In this document: one piece after another, positions 22,655 to 29,260 of the stretch
Layout of the letters: the number at the start of each line of letters is the position of its first letter
Numbering within the stretch: position 1 is the first letter of the stretch
Program-made: the position numbers and the translations under genes
DNA from: Chloroflexota bacterium
GTDB lineage: Bacteria; Chloroflexota; Limnocylindria; Limnocylindrales; CSP1-4
Length of the DNA stretch: 29,260 bases
Reading direction: 5' to 3'
NCBI GenBank assembly: GCA_017860675.1
Contig: JAGDMV010000001.1
Coordinates: 1-29,260 of the forward strand
The notes under the pieces: generated by a model
The model's input: the letters and a program-made list of their open reading frames with translations, nothing else
Database searches by the model: none
What the model was told of the DNA's origin: nothing

Positions 22655-23896
22655 TCAGCCAGGGAGCACCAGCACCTCGCGGGGGAACCGGGTCAGCCGC
22701 TCGACGCGGCCGGCGGCCCCGTCGAGCAGGACGAGGTCCTCGATCCGCACGCCGGTCCGGCCGCCGAGATACACCCCCGGCTCGACGGAGAACACCGTCG
22801 GGCTGGGGAGCGGCTCGTCGGGCGCCGACCGCGACAGCGCGGGTCGCTCGTGGGTCGCCAGCCCGATACCGTGCCCGAGGCCATGCCCGAAGTGCCGACC
22901 ATGGCCGGCGGCCTCGATCACCGCCCGGGCGGCGGCGTCGACTTCCCGCCCCGATGGCAGGGCCGCCGGGTCACGGGCGACGGCCGCGCCCGCCTCGAGC
23001 GCCCCGATCGCCGCCGCCTGGGCCCTCGCCACCAGCTCGTAGACCGCGAGGTCGCGTGCCGCCGGCTCGCCGACGAACAGGGTACGGGTCATGTCGCTCC
23101 GGTAGCCGGCGACCTGCGCCCCGAAGTCGAGCAGGACCACCTGTCCGGGCCGCAGCCGGCGCGGGCCGGGTGACCCGTGGGGCAGGGCCGCGTTCGACCC
23201 CGCCAGGCAGGCGATGTCGAAGGCGAGTGCCTCGGCCCCGCCCTCGCGCATCAGCATCTCGAGGCGCCAGGCGATTCTCGCCTCGGGGACGCCGGGTCGG
23301 ATCGCCGGCAGGAGGGCGGCCAGCGCCCGGTCCGCGACCGCCGCGGCCGCGACGATCCGTTCCACCTCGGCCGGCTCCTTCACCGCCCGGTCGGCGTCGA
23401 CCCAGGTCGGCGCCGGCACGAGCTCGACCCCAGGAGCGGCCGCCGCCAGCGCCTCCCAGAGCGCGCGCGGGATGTCGCCGGCCGGCACTGCCACGCGCCG
23501 GGCCCCCGCCGAGTCGAGCAGCGCGGGCCATGCTCCGGCAAGGTCGGCGGGAGCATCGAAGATGCGCGCCCCCGGGGCCTCCCGGCGAACCTGGAGCGTG
23601 TAGCGGCTGTCGGCCAGGACGATCACCTCGTCGGCGGTGACGAGGAACCGCCCGGAGTGGCCGGCGACCTTCTCCTCGCCCTCGCCGATGACCACGCCGG
23701 CGAGATAGCGGATCTCCTCGCGGCGCAGCCCGAAGTAGGCGTCGAGACCGGCCTCCGCGAGGCGTGCCCGCAGGCGGCCGAGCCGGGCGGGGCGGGCGGC
23801 CAGGTCAGCCTCTGCCCAGCCGCGCCGGCGACGCTCCGAGGGCGGGGCGGCGAAGTCGGCCGGGACCGGCAGCCCGCGCGTCGTCCGGCGGGTCAC
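22655..23896 (-). CDS. M24 family Xaa-Pro aminopeptidase/dipeptidase (YqhT/PepQ-like)
   Basis: Creatinase-N-like domain, then DFGA...GY.SDMTRT, HGLGHGIGL..HE.P, SVEPGVY and GVRIED metal-ligand motifs. GTG overlaps the mltG stop. Confidence 0.93.
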   Translation of the reverse strand: MTRRTTRGLPVPADFAAPPSERRRRGWAEADLAARPARLGRLRARLAEAGLDAYFGLRREEIRYLAGVVIGEGEEKVAGHSGRFLVTADEVIVLADSRYTLQVRREAPGARIFDAPADLAGAWPALLDSAGARRVAVPAGDIPRALWEALAAAAPGVELVPAPTWVDADRAVKEPAEVERIVAAAAVADRALAALLPAIRPGVPEARIAWRLEMLMREGGAEALAFDIACLAGSNAALPHGSPGPRRLRPGQVVLLDFGAQVAGYRSDMTRTLFVGEPAARDLAVYELVARAQAAAIGALEAGAAVARDPAALPSGREVDAAARAVIEAAGHGRHFGHGLGHGIGLATHERPALSRSAPDEPLPSPTVFSVEPGVYLGGRTGVRIEDLVLLDGAAGRVERLTRFPREVLVLPG

Positions 23897-25407
23897 TTGA
23901 TGTAGCCGTACTTCTTCAGCTTGGCCAGGTGCTGCTCGTAGGTGCGGGAGAAGTCGTGCTTGCCGTCCCCGTTCGGGATCGCCACGAAGTAGAGATAGCC
24001 CTTGGCCTGGTCGGGCTCGAGGGCGGCATCGATGGCGGCCACCGTCGGCGTCGCCAGCGGGCCCGGCGGCAGCCCGTGCTGCTGGTAGGTCTGGTAGCCG
24101 TCCAGCTCGGCCGGCAGCTGCACCTCGGCCATCGGGCTCGGGGGAATGTTCCAGAACGAGTACTGCGGCCAGGCGCCGATCGGCTGCTGCCCGAGCTCGA
24201 CCGCGTCGACACCGTAGATCACGGTCGGGTCAGCCTGGAGCAGCATCCCCTTGTCGAGCCGGTTCTGGTAGACGCCGGCGATCTTCGCCATCTCGCTCTC
24301 GAGTGCCGCCTCGCGCTGCACGATCGAGGCCAGCACGAGCACCTCCCGGAATGACAGGCCGCGCTCCTTCGCCACCTGCAGCCGCTCGGGACCGACCTCG
24401 GCGTACCAGCGATCGAGCATCTGGCGCACCAGCTCCTCGGCGGTGGCATCCGGCAGCAGCCGGTAGGAGCCGCCGGCGAGGTAGCCCTCGAGCGTGCCGC
24501 CCTCGGGCAGGTCGAGCCATGGGTAGTCGGCCAGCAGCGAGGTGGGTGGCTCGGTGACCAGGCCGTAGAAGTCGGCCGCGTCCAGCTGGAGCGAGGCGAT
24601 CTCGGGCGGACGGGACTGCAGCAGCGCGGTGACCTGCTCAAGCCGGATCCCCGGGCGGACCGGGAGCACGACGGACGGGTCCCATACCTCCTGCAGGGCG
24701 GTCACCACCTGGTCGGGGGTCATGTTCCGGCGCAGCAGATGCTGGCCCGCCTCGAACGAGCTGGTCGCGTCGCGCTCGACGGCGGCGAACAGGAAGGCGC
24801 GTGCGTCGCGGACCAGCCCTGCCTCCTCCAGGCGGGCAGCGATCCGGGAGGCGGACTCGCCCGACTCGACGGCGAAGGTGACCGACGCGGGGTCGTCGCT
24901 TGCCGGCTCGGTCAGCACCTCACCGAGGTCGTCGCGCACGATGTCGGCGACGAAGCCGATGCCCCAGGCCCCCGGGTTGTCGCCGGCGACCGCCAGGACG
25001 AGCCCATTGATGGCTGGCCGGGCTACCGTGAGCAGCCCGACGAGCACAATCGCGGCCGTGATCACGAGGAAGGCGAGGAAGCGGATCGAGCCGCTGATCC
25101 CGCCGCCCCGGCGGTCCTGGGGGCGGCCGGCAACCCGGGGCGGGGCAGCACGGCCGGTCTCGTCGGTCCAGCCGGGCGCCTGGCGAACCCCGGGATGGGC
25201 ACGCGCCGCCGGCGACTGCCCGACCGGCGACTGCCCGACCGGATGCGCCGCCGGCGACTGCCCGACCGGCGACTGCCCGACCGGATGCGCCGCCGGCTCG
25301 CCCGCGGGCTGGCGTCCGGCCTCCCCGGACCCCAACCGGTGCGCCATCGATCCCGACCCGGACGACGCCTGATGGTCGCGGGCCCCGCCACCTCCGCGGA
25401 CGGTCAC
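23893..25407 (-). CDS. mltG: Endolytic transglycosylase MltG (YceG family)
   Basis: Long cytoplasmic N-terminus, single TM, LASIVQRE (catalytic Glu), IAGVYQNRL, LQADPTVIY, Y...GLPPGP, YLYFV and H.FS.TY..H motifs. Confidence 0.94.
   Translation of the reverse strand: MTVRGGGGARDHQASSGSGSMAHRLGSGEAGRQPAGEPAAHPVGQSPVGQSPAAHPVGQSPVGQSPAARAHPGVRQAPGWTDETGRAAPPRVAGRPQDRRGGGISGSIRFLAFLVITAAIVLVGLLTVARPAINGLVLAVAGDNPGAWGIGFVADIVRDDLGEVLTEPASDDPASVTFAVESGESASRIAARLEEAGLVRDARAFLFAAVERDATSSFEAGQHLLRRNMTPDQVVTALQEVWDPSVVLPVRPGIRLEQVTALLQSRPPEIASLQLDAADFYGLVTEPPTSLLADYPWLDLPEGGTLEGYLAGGSYRLLPDATAEELVRQMLDRWYAEVGPERLQVAKERGLSFREVLVLASIVQREAALESEMAKIAGVYQNRLDKGMLLQADPTVIYGVDAVELGQQPIGAWPQYSFWNIPPSPMAEVQLPAELDGYQTYQQHGLPPGPLATPTVAAIDAALEPDQAKGYLYFVAIPNGDGKHDFSRTYEQHLAKLKKYGYIK
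25203..25297. repeat. Perfect nested tandem repeat (42-bp unit x ~2.3, each containing 2 x 15 bp) in the mltG N-terminus
   Basis: GCGCCGCCGGCGACTGCCCGACCGGCGACTGCCCGACCGGAT at 25203-25244 and 25245-25286, plus 11 nt of a third copy. Encodes (PAAHPVGQSPVGQS)2. Confidence 0.95.
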
Positions 25408-25883
25408 GGCACCGTCCCCGGGGAGCCGGCGGCCGTCCGCCGGCGCGCCTCGAGCTCGTCCTCGAGGATGACGGCCGCGGAGGCCGCGTCGATCCGGGCC
25501 CGGTGCCTGGCCCGGCGCGTCGGGCCAGGCGGCCCGCCGGCGCTGCCGCGCCGGGCACGTCCCGCCCGGGCGGCAGCCACCTCGCTCGTGAGGCGCTCGT
25601 CACGGAGCGTCACCGGCAGGCCGGACCGCGCCCCGATGTCGATCGCCCAGGTCCGCGCCGCGGCGGCGGCCGGCCCCTCGGCGCCGCTCATGTCCAGCGG
25701 CAGGCCGACGACCAGCTCGGTGGCGCCGTTGGCTGCCGCAATCGCCGCGATCCGGTCGGCATCCTCCGCGGTCGACCGCGAGCGGGTGAGCGTCCCGAGA
25801 GGTACGGCCCTGAGGTCGTCCGCCTCGGCCAGGGCCAGCCCGATCCGCCGGGTCCCTGGGTCGATGCCCAGCAGCCTGCTCAC
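25404..25883 (-). CDS. ruvX: Holliday junction resolvase-like protein RuvX/YqgF
   Basis: LLGIDPGTRRIGLA, VVGLPL.M.G, DERLTS and IDAASA.VILE motifs. GTG at 25883 overlaps the upstream stop (GTGA). Confidence 0.93.
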   Translation of the reverse strand: MSRLLGIDPGTRRIGLALAEADDLRAVPLGTLTRSRSTAEDADRIAAIAAANGATELVVGLPLDMSGAEGPAAAAARTWAIDIGARSGLPVTLRDERLTSEVAAARAGRARRGSAGGPPGPTRRARHRARIDAASAAVILEDELEARRRTAAGSPGTVP

Positions 25884-27799
25884 GGCGCGGGCGTCTCGCC
25901 CGGGAGGGGCGACGGGCCCGGGGTGGCCGACGGCTTCGGAGTGGATGGCGCGGCGGTCGCGTCGGGGCTTGGCGACGCACCCGGCTCGCCATCGGTCGTC
26001 GGCGCGCCAAGCACCTCGACCGTGAGCCGGGCATCGATCGAGGTGATCGTCGGGATCCACTCCGGCCAGACGGTCAGCTCGACGGTCCCGTACGGGGCCA
26101 GCATCTCCGTCGCCTCGGCCGGGGTCTTGCCGGCGATCAGCGCGCGGATCTCGTCCTCGTCCACGATCCGCACCGCGGTGGCGCTGCCGGTGGCCGGCAC
26201 GACCACCAGCTCGCCCTCTACGACGGGGTCCCCGACCTCGATCTCCACGCTGCCCGGGTCGAGCCGATAGTCGGCCGGGACGCTCGCGCCCAGGGTCGCC
26301 GCGGCGACCGAGCGCGCATCGCCGGGATCGACGGCGAGCACGGTCCCGGTGGCAGCCAGCCCGAGCTTGAACTCCGCCACCTCCGTCCCGACCACGGTCT
26401 CCGGGTCCGGCACGGGGGTGGCCTCCCCGCGCTGCGCCGTGCCGGGCACCACGACCGTCCCCGGCGGGATGCCGGGGGGTGCCTCGGCAACGGCGGCCAG
26501 CTGTTCGTCCAGCATGCCCTCGAGCGTGACCAGGGCCGCGTCGACGTCGGCCTGGGTCACCTTGGGGAACTCCTCGCGGCTGCCGCCGCTCGTCGCCCGC
26601 GGGTTCGTGACCTTGATCACGACCGGGTTATAGGCGCCCGGGATGCGGGAGATCGCGCCGGCGCCCACGTTGCCCTCGGGTCCGGCCTTGGAGGCGACGA
26701 CGTCGGCGTTCCGCCGCGAGCACTCGACGCCGATGTTGGGCGGCGTGCCCGTCTGGATGGCCACGGGCAGGAAGACCGGTTCGGTGGTCAGGAAGCCGAC
26801 GCCGCCGGACGTTCGCACGAGCGTGCCGCGCGGGATCGTGTAGGCGGCCGTCTGGTCGCAGTTGAGCCAGCGGACGGTGCCGGAGGCCTTCTGCTCCTCG
26901 ACCCGCTTGCCGGTGGCGTTGAACGTCCCTTCCACCGCCACCGGGAACTCCACCGTTGTGCCCGGGATCGTGCCGGCCGCCGGGTCGGGCTCGCTGGCCC
27001 CCGGGTCGACGCTGATCGTCAGGTCGACCGGGCCGATCGATTTCGTCGCCGGGGTCACCGTCACGGTGGCCGTGGGCAGGAAGACGTACCCGACGACCCC
27101 GCCGACGACCGCCGCCAGCAGCAGCACGCCGACGCCGACGAAAAGCACGACCCGGCGCCGGGAGCGGCCTGGACGGCGGGGCGGTGCGGCGGCCGCCAGG
27201 CCGGTCGACGGGCCGACCGGCCGCAACGGCTCGGTGGCCGGGGGCGTCATGCTCGTCCCGGGATCACCCGGGCCCGAACCCGGCCCGGACGGGGCACGCC
27301 GCGCCTGGTCGCGGGGCCCCGGCGGCGCCGCTCCGACGGCTCCGGCCGCCGTTTCGACCGCACCCCCGACAGACCCGGCTGCCGCTGCCGCACCAGCCCC
27401 GCGGCCCGTCGGGCCTGCCCCGCCGGCCTCACCGAGGGGCTCCCCTGCGCCGGCCATGCCTGCTGCAACGCCGGCTGCCGCCGCAGTCGCCGCCCCGCCG
27501 TCCGCTGCCGGCGCACCAGGCCGCTGGGCGGTGAGCGCGTCCTCGTACTCCATGACCGAGCCGAAGACGGGCAGGCCGGCCGAGGCGGCGAGAGCCCTGG
27601 CCGACGCTTCCGGGGCCACGATCGCCAGCCGGCGGCTGCGTGCCTGGGCCTCGCGAGCGAGCAGCCGGAAGTTGATCCGCGACGTCGCGATCCGCGAGCC
27701 GGCCGGGAGCACGAGCGCGATCCGCGTTTCCTGGGCCTCGCGGATTCGCGCTGCCGCCGAGGTGATCTCGTCATCGATGTCGAGGTAGAAGGTCGTCAT
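25880..27799 (-). CDS. Single-pass membrane protein with extracytoplasmic baseplate J/gp47-like domain
   Basis: Folded N-terminal domain (aa ~1-86), Ala/Gly/Pro linker, RRRR followed by a TM (aa ~217-241), then ASGTV.W.N..TIPRGT.V.T..G..F.T...V.A...G..GNV.AGAI...VTNP.A.SGG, which resembles Baseplate_J. Recognised by eye. Confidence 0.75.
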   Translation of the reverse strand: MTTFYLDIDDEITSAAARIREAQETRIALVLPAGSRIATSRINFRLLAREAQARSRRLAIVAPEASARALAASAGLPVFGSVMEYEDALTAQRPGAPAADGGAATAAAAGVAAGMAGAGEPLGEAGGAGPTGRGAGAAAAAGSVGGAVETAAGAVGAAPPGPRDQARRAPSGPGSGPGDPGTSMTPPATEPLRPVGPSTGLAAAAPPRRPGRSRRRVVLFVGVGVLLLAAVVGGVVGYVFLPTATVTVTPATKSIGPVDLTISVDPGASEPDPAAGTIPGTTVEFPVAVEGTFNATGKRVEEQKASGTVRWLNCDQTAAYTIPRGTLVRTSGGVGFLTTEPVFLPVAIQTGTPPNIGVECSRRNADVVASKAGPEGNVGAGAISRIPGAYNPVVIKVTNPRATSGGSREEFPKVTQADVDAALVTLEGMLDEQLAAVAEAPPGIPPGTVVVPGTAQRGEATPVPDPETVVGTEVAEFKLGLAATGTVLAVDPGDARSVAAATLGASVPADYRLDPGSVEIEVGDPVVEGELVVVPATGSATAVRIVDEDEIRALIAGKTPAEATEMLAPYGTVELTVWPEWIPTITSIDARLTVEVLGAPTTDGEPGASPSPDATAAPSTPKPSATPGPSPLPGETPAP

Positions 27800-27803
27800 C
27801 GCC

Positions 27804-29066
27804 CTAGATCTTCATCGCTCGGAGCACCCGCCGCAGGGCGGCGTCGAGCGGGTCCTGCTCCGCCTGCAGCTCGATCGCCTGGTAGGCCAGGCCGAGCGGG
27901 GTGACGTCCTGCTGGTCGACCAGCAGGTCGGTGGCGTCGGCGATCGTCTCGATCATCCCGGGCGACATGACCGTGACCTCCGGCGGCCGACTGAACGGCA
28001 GGTGACGCCAGAACCCCTCCTGGCGGAGCGCGCCGGCCATCTCGGGCAGCCGCGAGCCGCCGCCACAGAGGTAGATCCGGCCGGGCAGCAGCTCGCCGGC
28101 AGCCAGCTCGTCGAGGACGAGCTCCATCCCGGCGGCCCACACCGCCACGTCGTCGGCCACGATCGCTGCGATCTCGTCCCGACGCTCGACGTCCATCCCC
28201 CGGGCGTAGTCGATCTTGAGTGCCTCGGCCCGGGGGAACGGCAGCTCCAGCCGGTCGGCCAGCGACTTGGTGAAGGCTCGACCGGCCAGGGCGAACATCC
28301 TCGTCCCCTCGATCCCGCCCGAGCGGACGAGGGCAACGTCGGTGGTACCCCCGCCGACGTCGACGAAGAGCGCACCGGCCTGCTGGACCTGCTCCGAGCC
28401 AAGGACCCGGGCGACCGCGTACGGCTCGGCCACCACCTCGAGCAGGTCCAGGTCCAGCTGGGCGGCGACCGACTCGAGCGCCCCGAGGTGGACGAGCGGG
28501 GCGAAGGCGTTGAAGATGCCGATCGAGACGTGGCGGCCCTGGAAGCCCACCGGGTTGGTGACCGGGTAGCCGTCGATGCTGGCCCCGGTGACGGCCGCGT
28601 GGACCAGGCGGACGTCCACGTTCGGGAGACCCGTCTCCCAGGTGATCGCTCGCTCGGCCTCGACGAGGGCATCGTGCTGCACGCTGTCGATCAGCTTCTG
28701 GAGCTCGGCGTCGCTGATGGGCAGGTCCGGCTTCTTGCGCTCCTGGGAGCGGCTGATGGTGAAGCCCTTCACCAGCTCGCCGGCGATCCCGATCACCACC
28801 TGGCCGGGGCGGAAGCCGGCCATCTCCTCGGCCTCCTGGAGGGCGACCGCGCAGTTGTCCACCACCGCGCCGATGTCGGCCACCATGCCCGACTGCATGT
28901 GGGCCAGCCCCTGGCGCTTGCGCCCGACGCCGAGCACCGTGCCGTGGCCGGTTTCGTCGATCTCGAACACCAGCGCCTTGGCGAACTCGGTCCCAACGTC
29001 GAGCGCGGTGCAGGCGGCCAGCCCGTCGCTGCGCTCTCCTTTCCACAGGCGCCGGAGGAAGCTCAT
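27804..29066 (-). CDS. FtsA-family actin-fold ATPase (FtsA paralogue, not next to ftsZ)
   Basis: Phosphate-1 ALDVGTE, SHS2/1C motif IDG....NPVGFQG, connect-1 EPYA, phosphate-2 VDVGGGTTDVA, AEALK, adenosine LCGGGSRL, connect-2 TPLGLA. ATG overlaps the alaS stop (ATGA). Confidence 0.88.
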   Translation of the reverse strand: MSFLRRLWKGERSDGLAACTALDVGTEFAKALVFEIDETGHGTVLGVGRKRQGLAHMQSGMVADIGAVVDNCAVALQEAEEMAGFRPGQVVIGIAGELVKGFTISRSQERKKPDLPISDAELQKLIDSVQHDALVEAERAITWETGLPNVDVRLVHAAVTGASIDGYPVTNPVGFQGRHVSIGIFNAFAPLVHLGALESVAAQLDLDLLEVVAEPYAVARVLGSEQVQQAGALFVDVGGGTTDVALVRSGGIEGTRMFALAGRAFTKSLADRLELPFPRAEALKIDYARGMDVERRDEIAAIVADDVAVWAAGMELVLDELAAGELLPGRIYLCGGGSRLPEMAGALRQEGFWRHLPFSRPPEVTVMSPGMIETIADATDLLVDQQDVTPLGLAYQAIELQAEQDPLDAALRRVLRAMKI

Positions 29067-29260
29067 CGACGCTTCTCGCCGCCGCCGGCCGGGGCGACGT
29101 GAGTCCCGTCGATGCGCGCGGCCAGCGCGGCCCGGACCGAGGCCAGCGCGGCCGGGATCCCGTCGCGCCGCGTGCCCCTGCCCTGGGCCATCTCCGGTCG
29201 CCCGCCCCCCTTCCCGTCGAGGTGGGCGACCGCGTCCCGCACCAGCATGCCGGCGGCGAT
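29063..29260 (-). CDS. alaS: Alanine--tRNA ligase, 3' end (C-terminal DHHA1 domain; gene runs off the window)
   Basis: GKGGGRPEMAQG.G...AL..V is the AlaRS C-terminal motif. The frame is open to the window edge, and the position upstream of ruvX-mltG fits conserved synteny. Confidence 0.85.
   Translation of the reverse strand: MAAGMLVRDAVAHLDGKGGGRPEMAQGRGTRRDGIPAALASVRAALAARIDGTHVAPAGGGEKRR

Noticed and set aside
25203-25297. CRISPR array
   Set aside because: The repeats are directly tandem with no unique spacers, lie in frame inside mltG, and no cas genes are present.
25884-26060. Extended RuvX N-terminus, and likewise the extended track starts for der (3363), rluB (6804), scpB (7585) and xseB (17624)
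   Set aside because: Each overlaps the upstream gene. Downstream starts coupled to the upstream stop or preceded by an RBS match the family N-termini.
25880-27799. Prophage, tailocin or contractile injection system implied by the baseplate-J-like domain
   Set aside because: No sheath, tube, spike, gp25, terminase or integrase genes are nearby. The gene has a TM anchor and is translationally coupled within a housekeeping operon.
27804-29066. Canonical ftsA of a dcw (division) cluster
   Set aside because: No ftsZ/ftsQ/mur neighbours, and the FtsZ-binding 2B features appear to be missing, so no gene symbol was assigned.

Overview
Very GC-rich bacterial chromosome segment, almost entirely a minus-strand housekeeping gene string. 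Reading right to left: alaS (3' end), FtsA-like ATPase, membrane-anchored baseplate-J-like protein, ruvX, mltG, M24 Xaa-Pro peptidase, Ig-like/CAP surface protein, Cys-rich repeat lipoprotein, efp, xseA, small membrane ORF, xseB, dxs, tlyA, nadK, recN, xerD, bPH_2/SHOCT protein, site-2 protease, HD protein, scpA, scpB, rluB, cmk, plsC, ispH, der, then a divergent Crp/Fnr regulator + tandem DUF4177-like gene pair and tRNA-Pro(GGG). The backbone matches conserved Terrabacteria synteny. A Chloroflexota-type organism is my inference from gene content, not something the sequence proves. No CRISPR array, IS element or prophage is visible. The best candidate for an undescribed system is a two-gene module inserted between alaS and ruvX, with overlapping or near-abutting start/stop codons throughout. 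It pairs an FtsA paralogue that appears to have lost the FtsZ-binding determinants with a single-pass membrane protein whose extracytoplasmic part carries a phage-baseplate-J-like domain, with no other phage or contractile-injection genes nearby. Other leads are a Crp regulator with a matching GTGA-N6-TCAC box in front of a tandem DUF4177-like gene, a tandem Cys-repeat lipoprotein behind an ECF-sigma-like promoter, an EF-P with an unusual KMGRG loop, a small membrane ORF coupled between xseA and xseB, a repeat-containing dxs leader, and in-frame tandem repeats in mltG and xerD. All domain calls come from motif recognition by eye; no searches were run.
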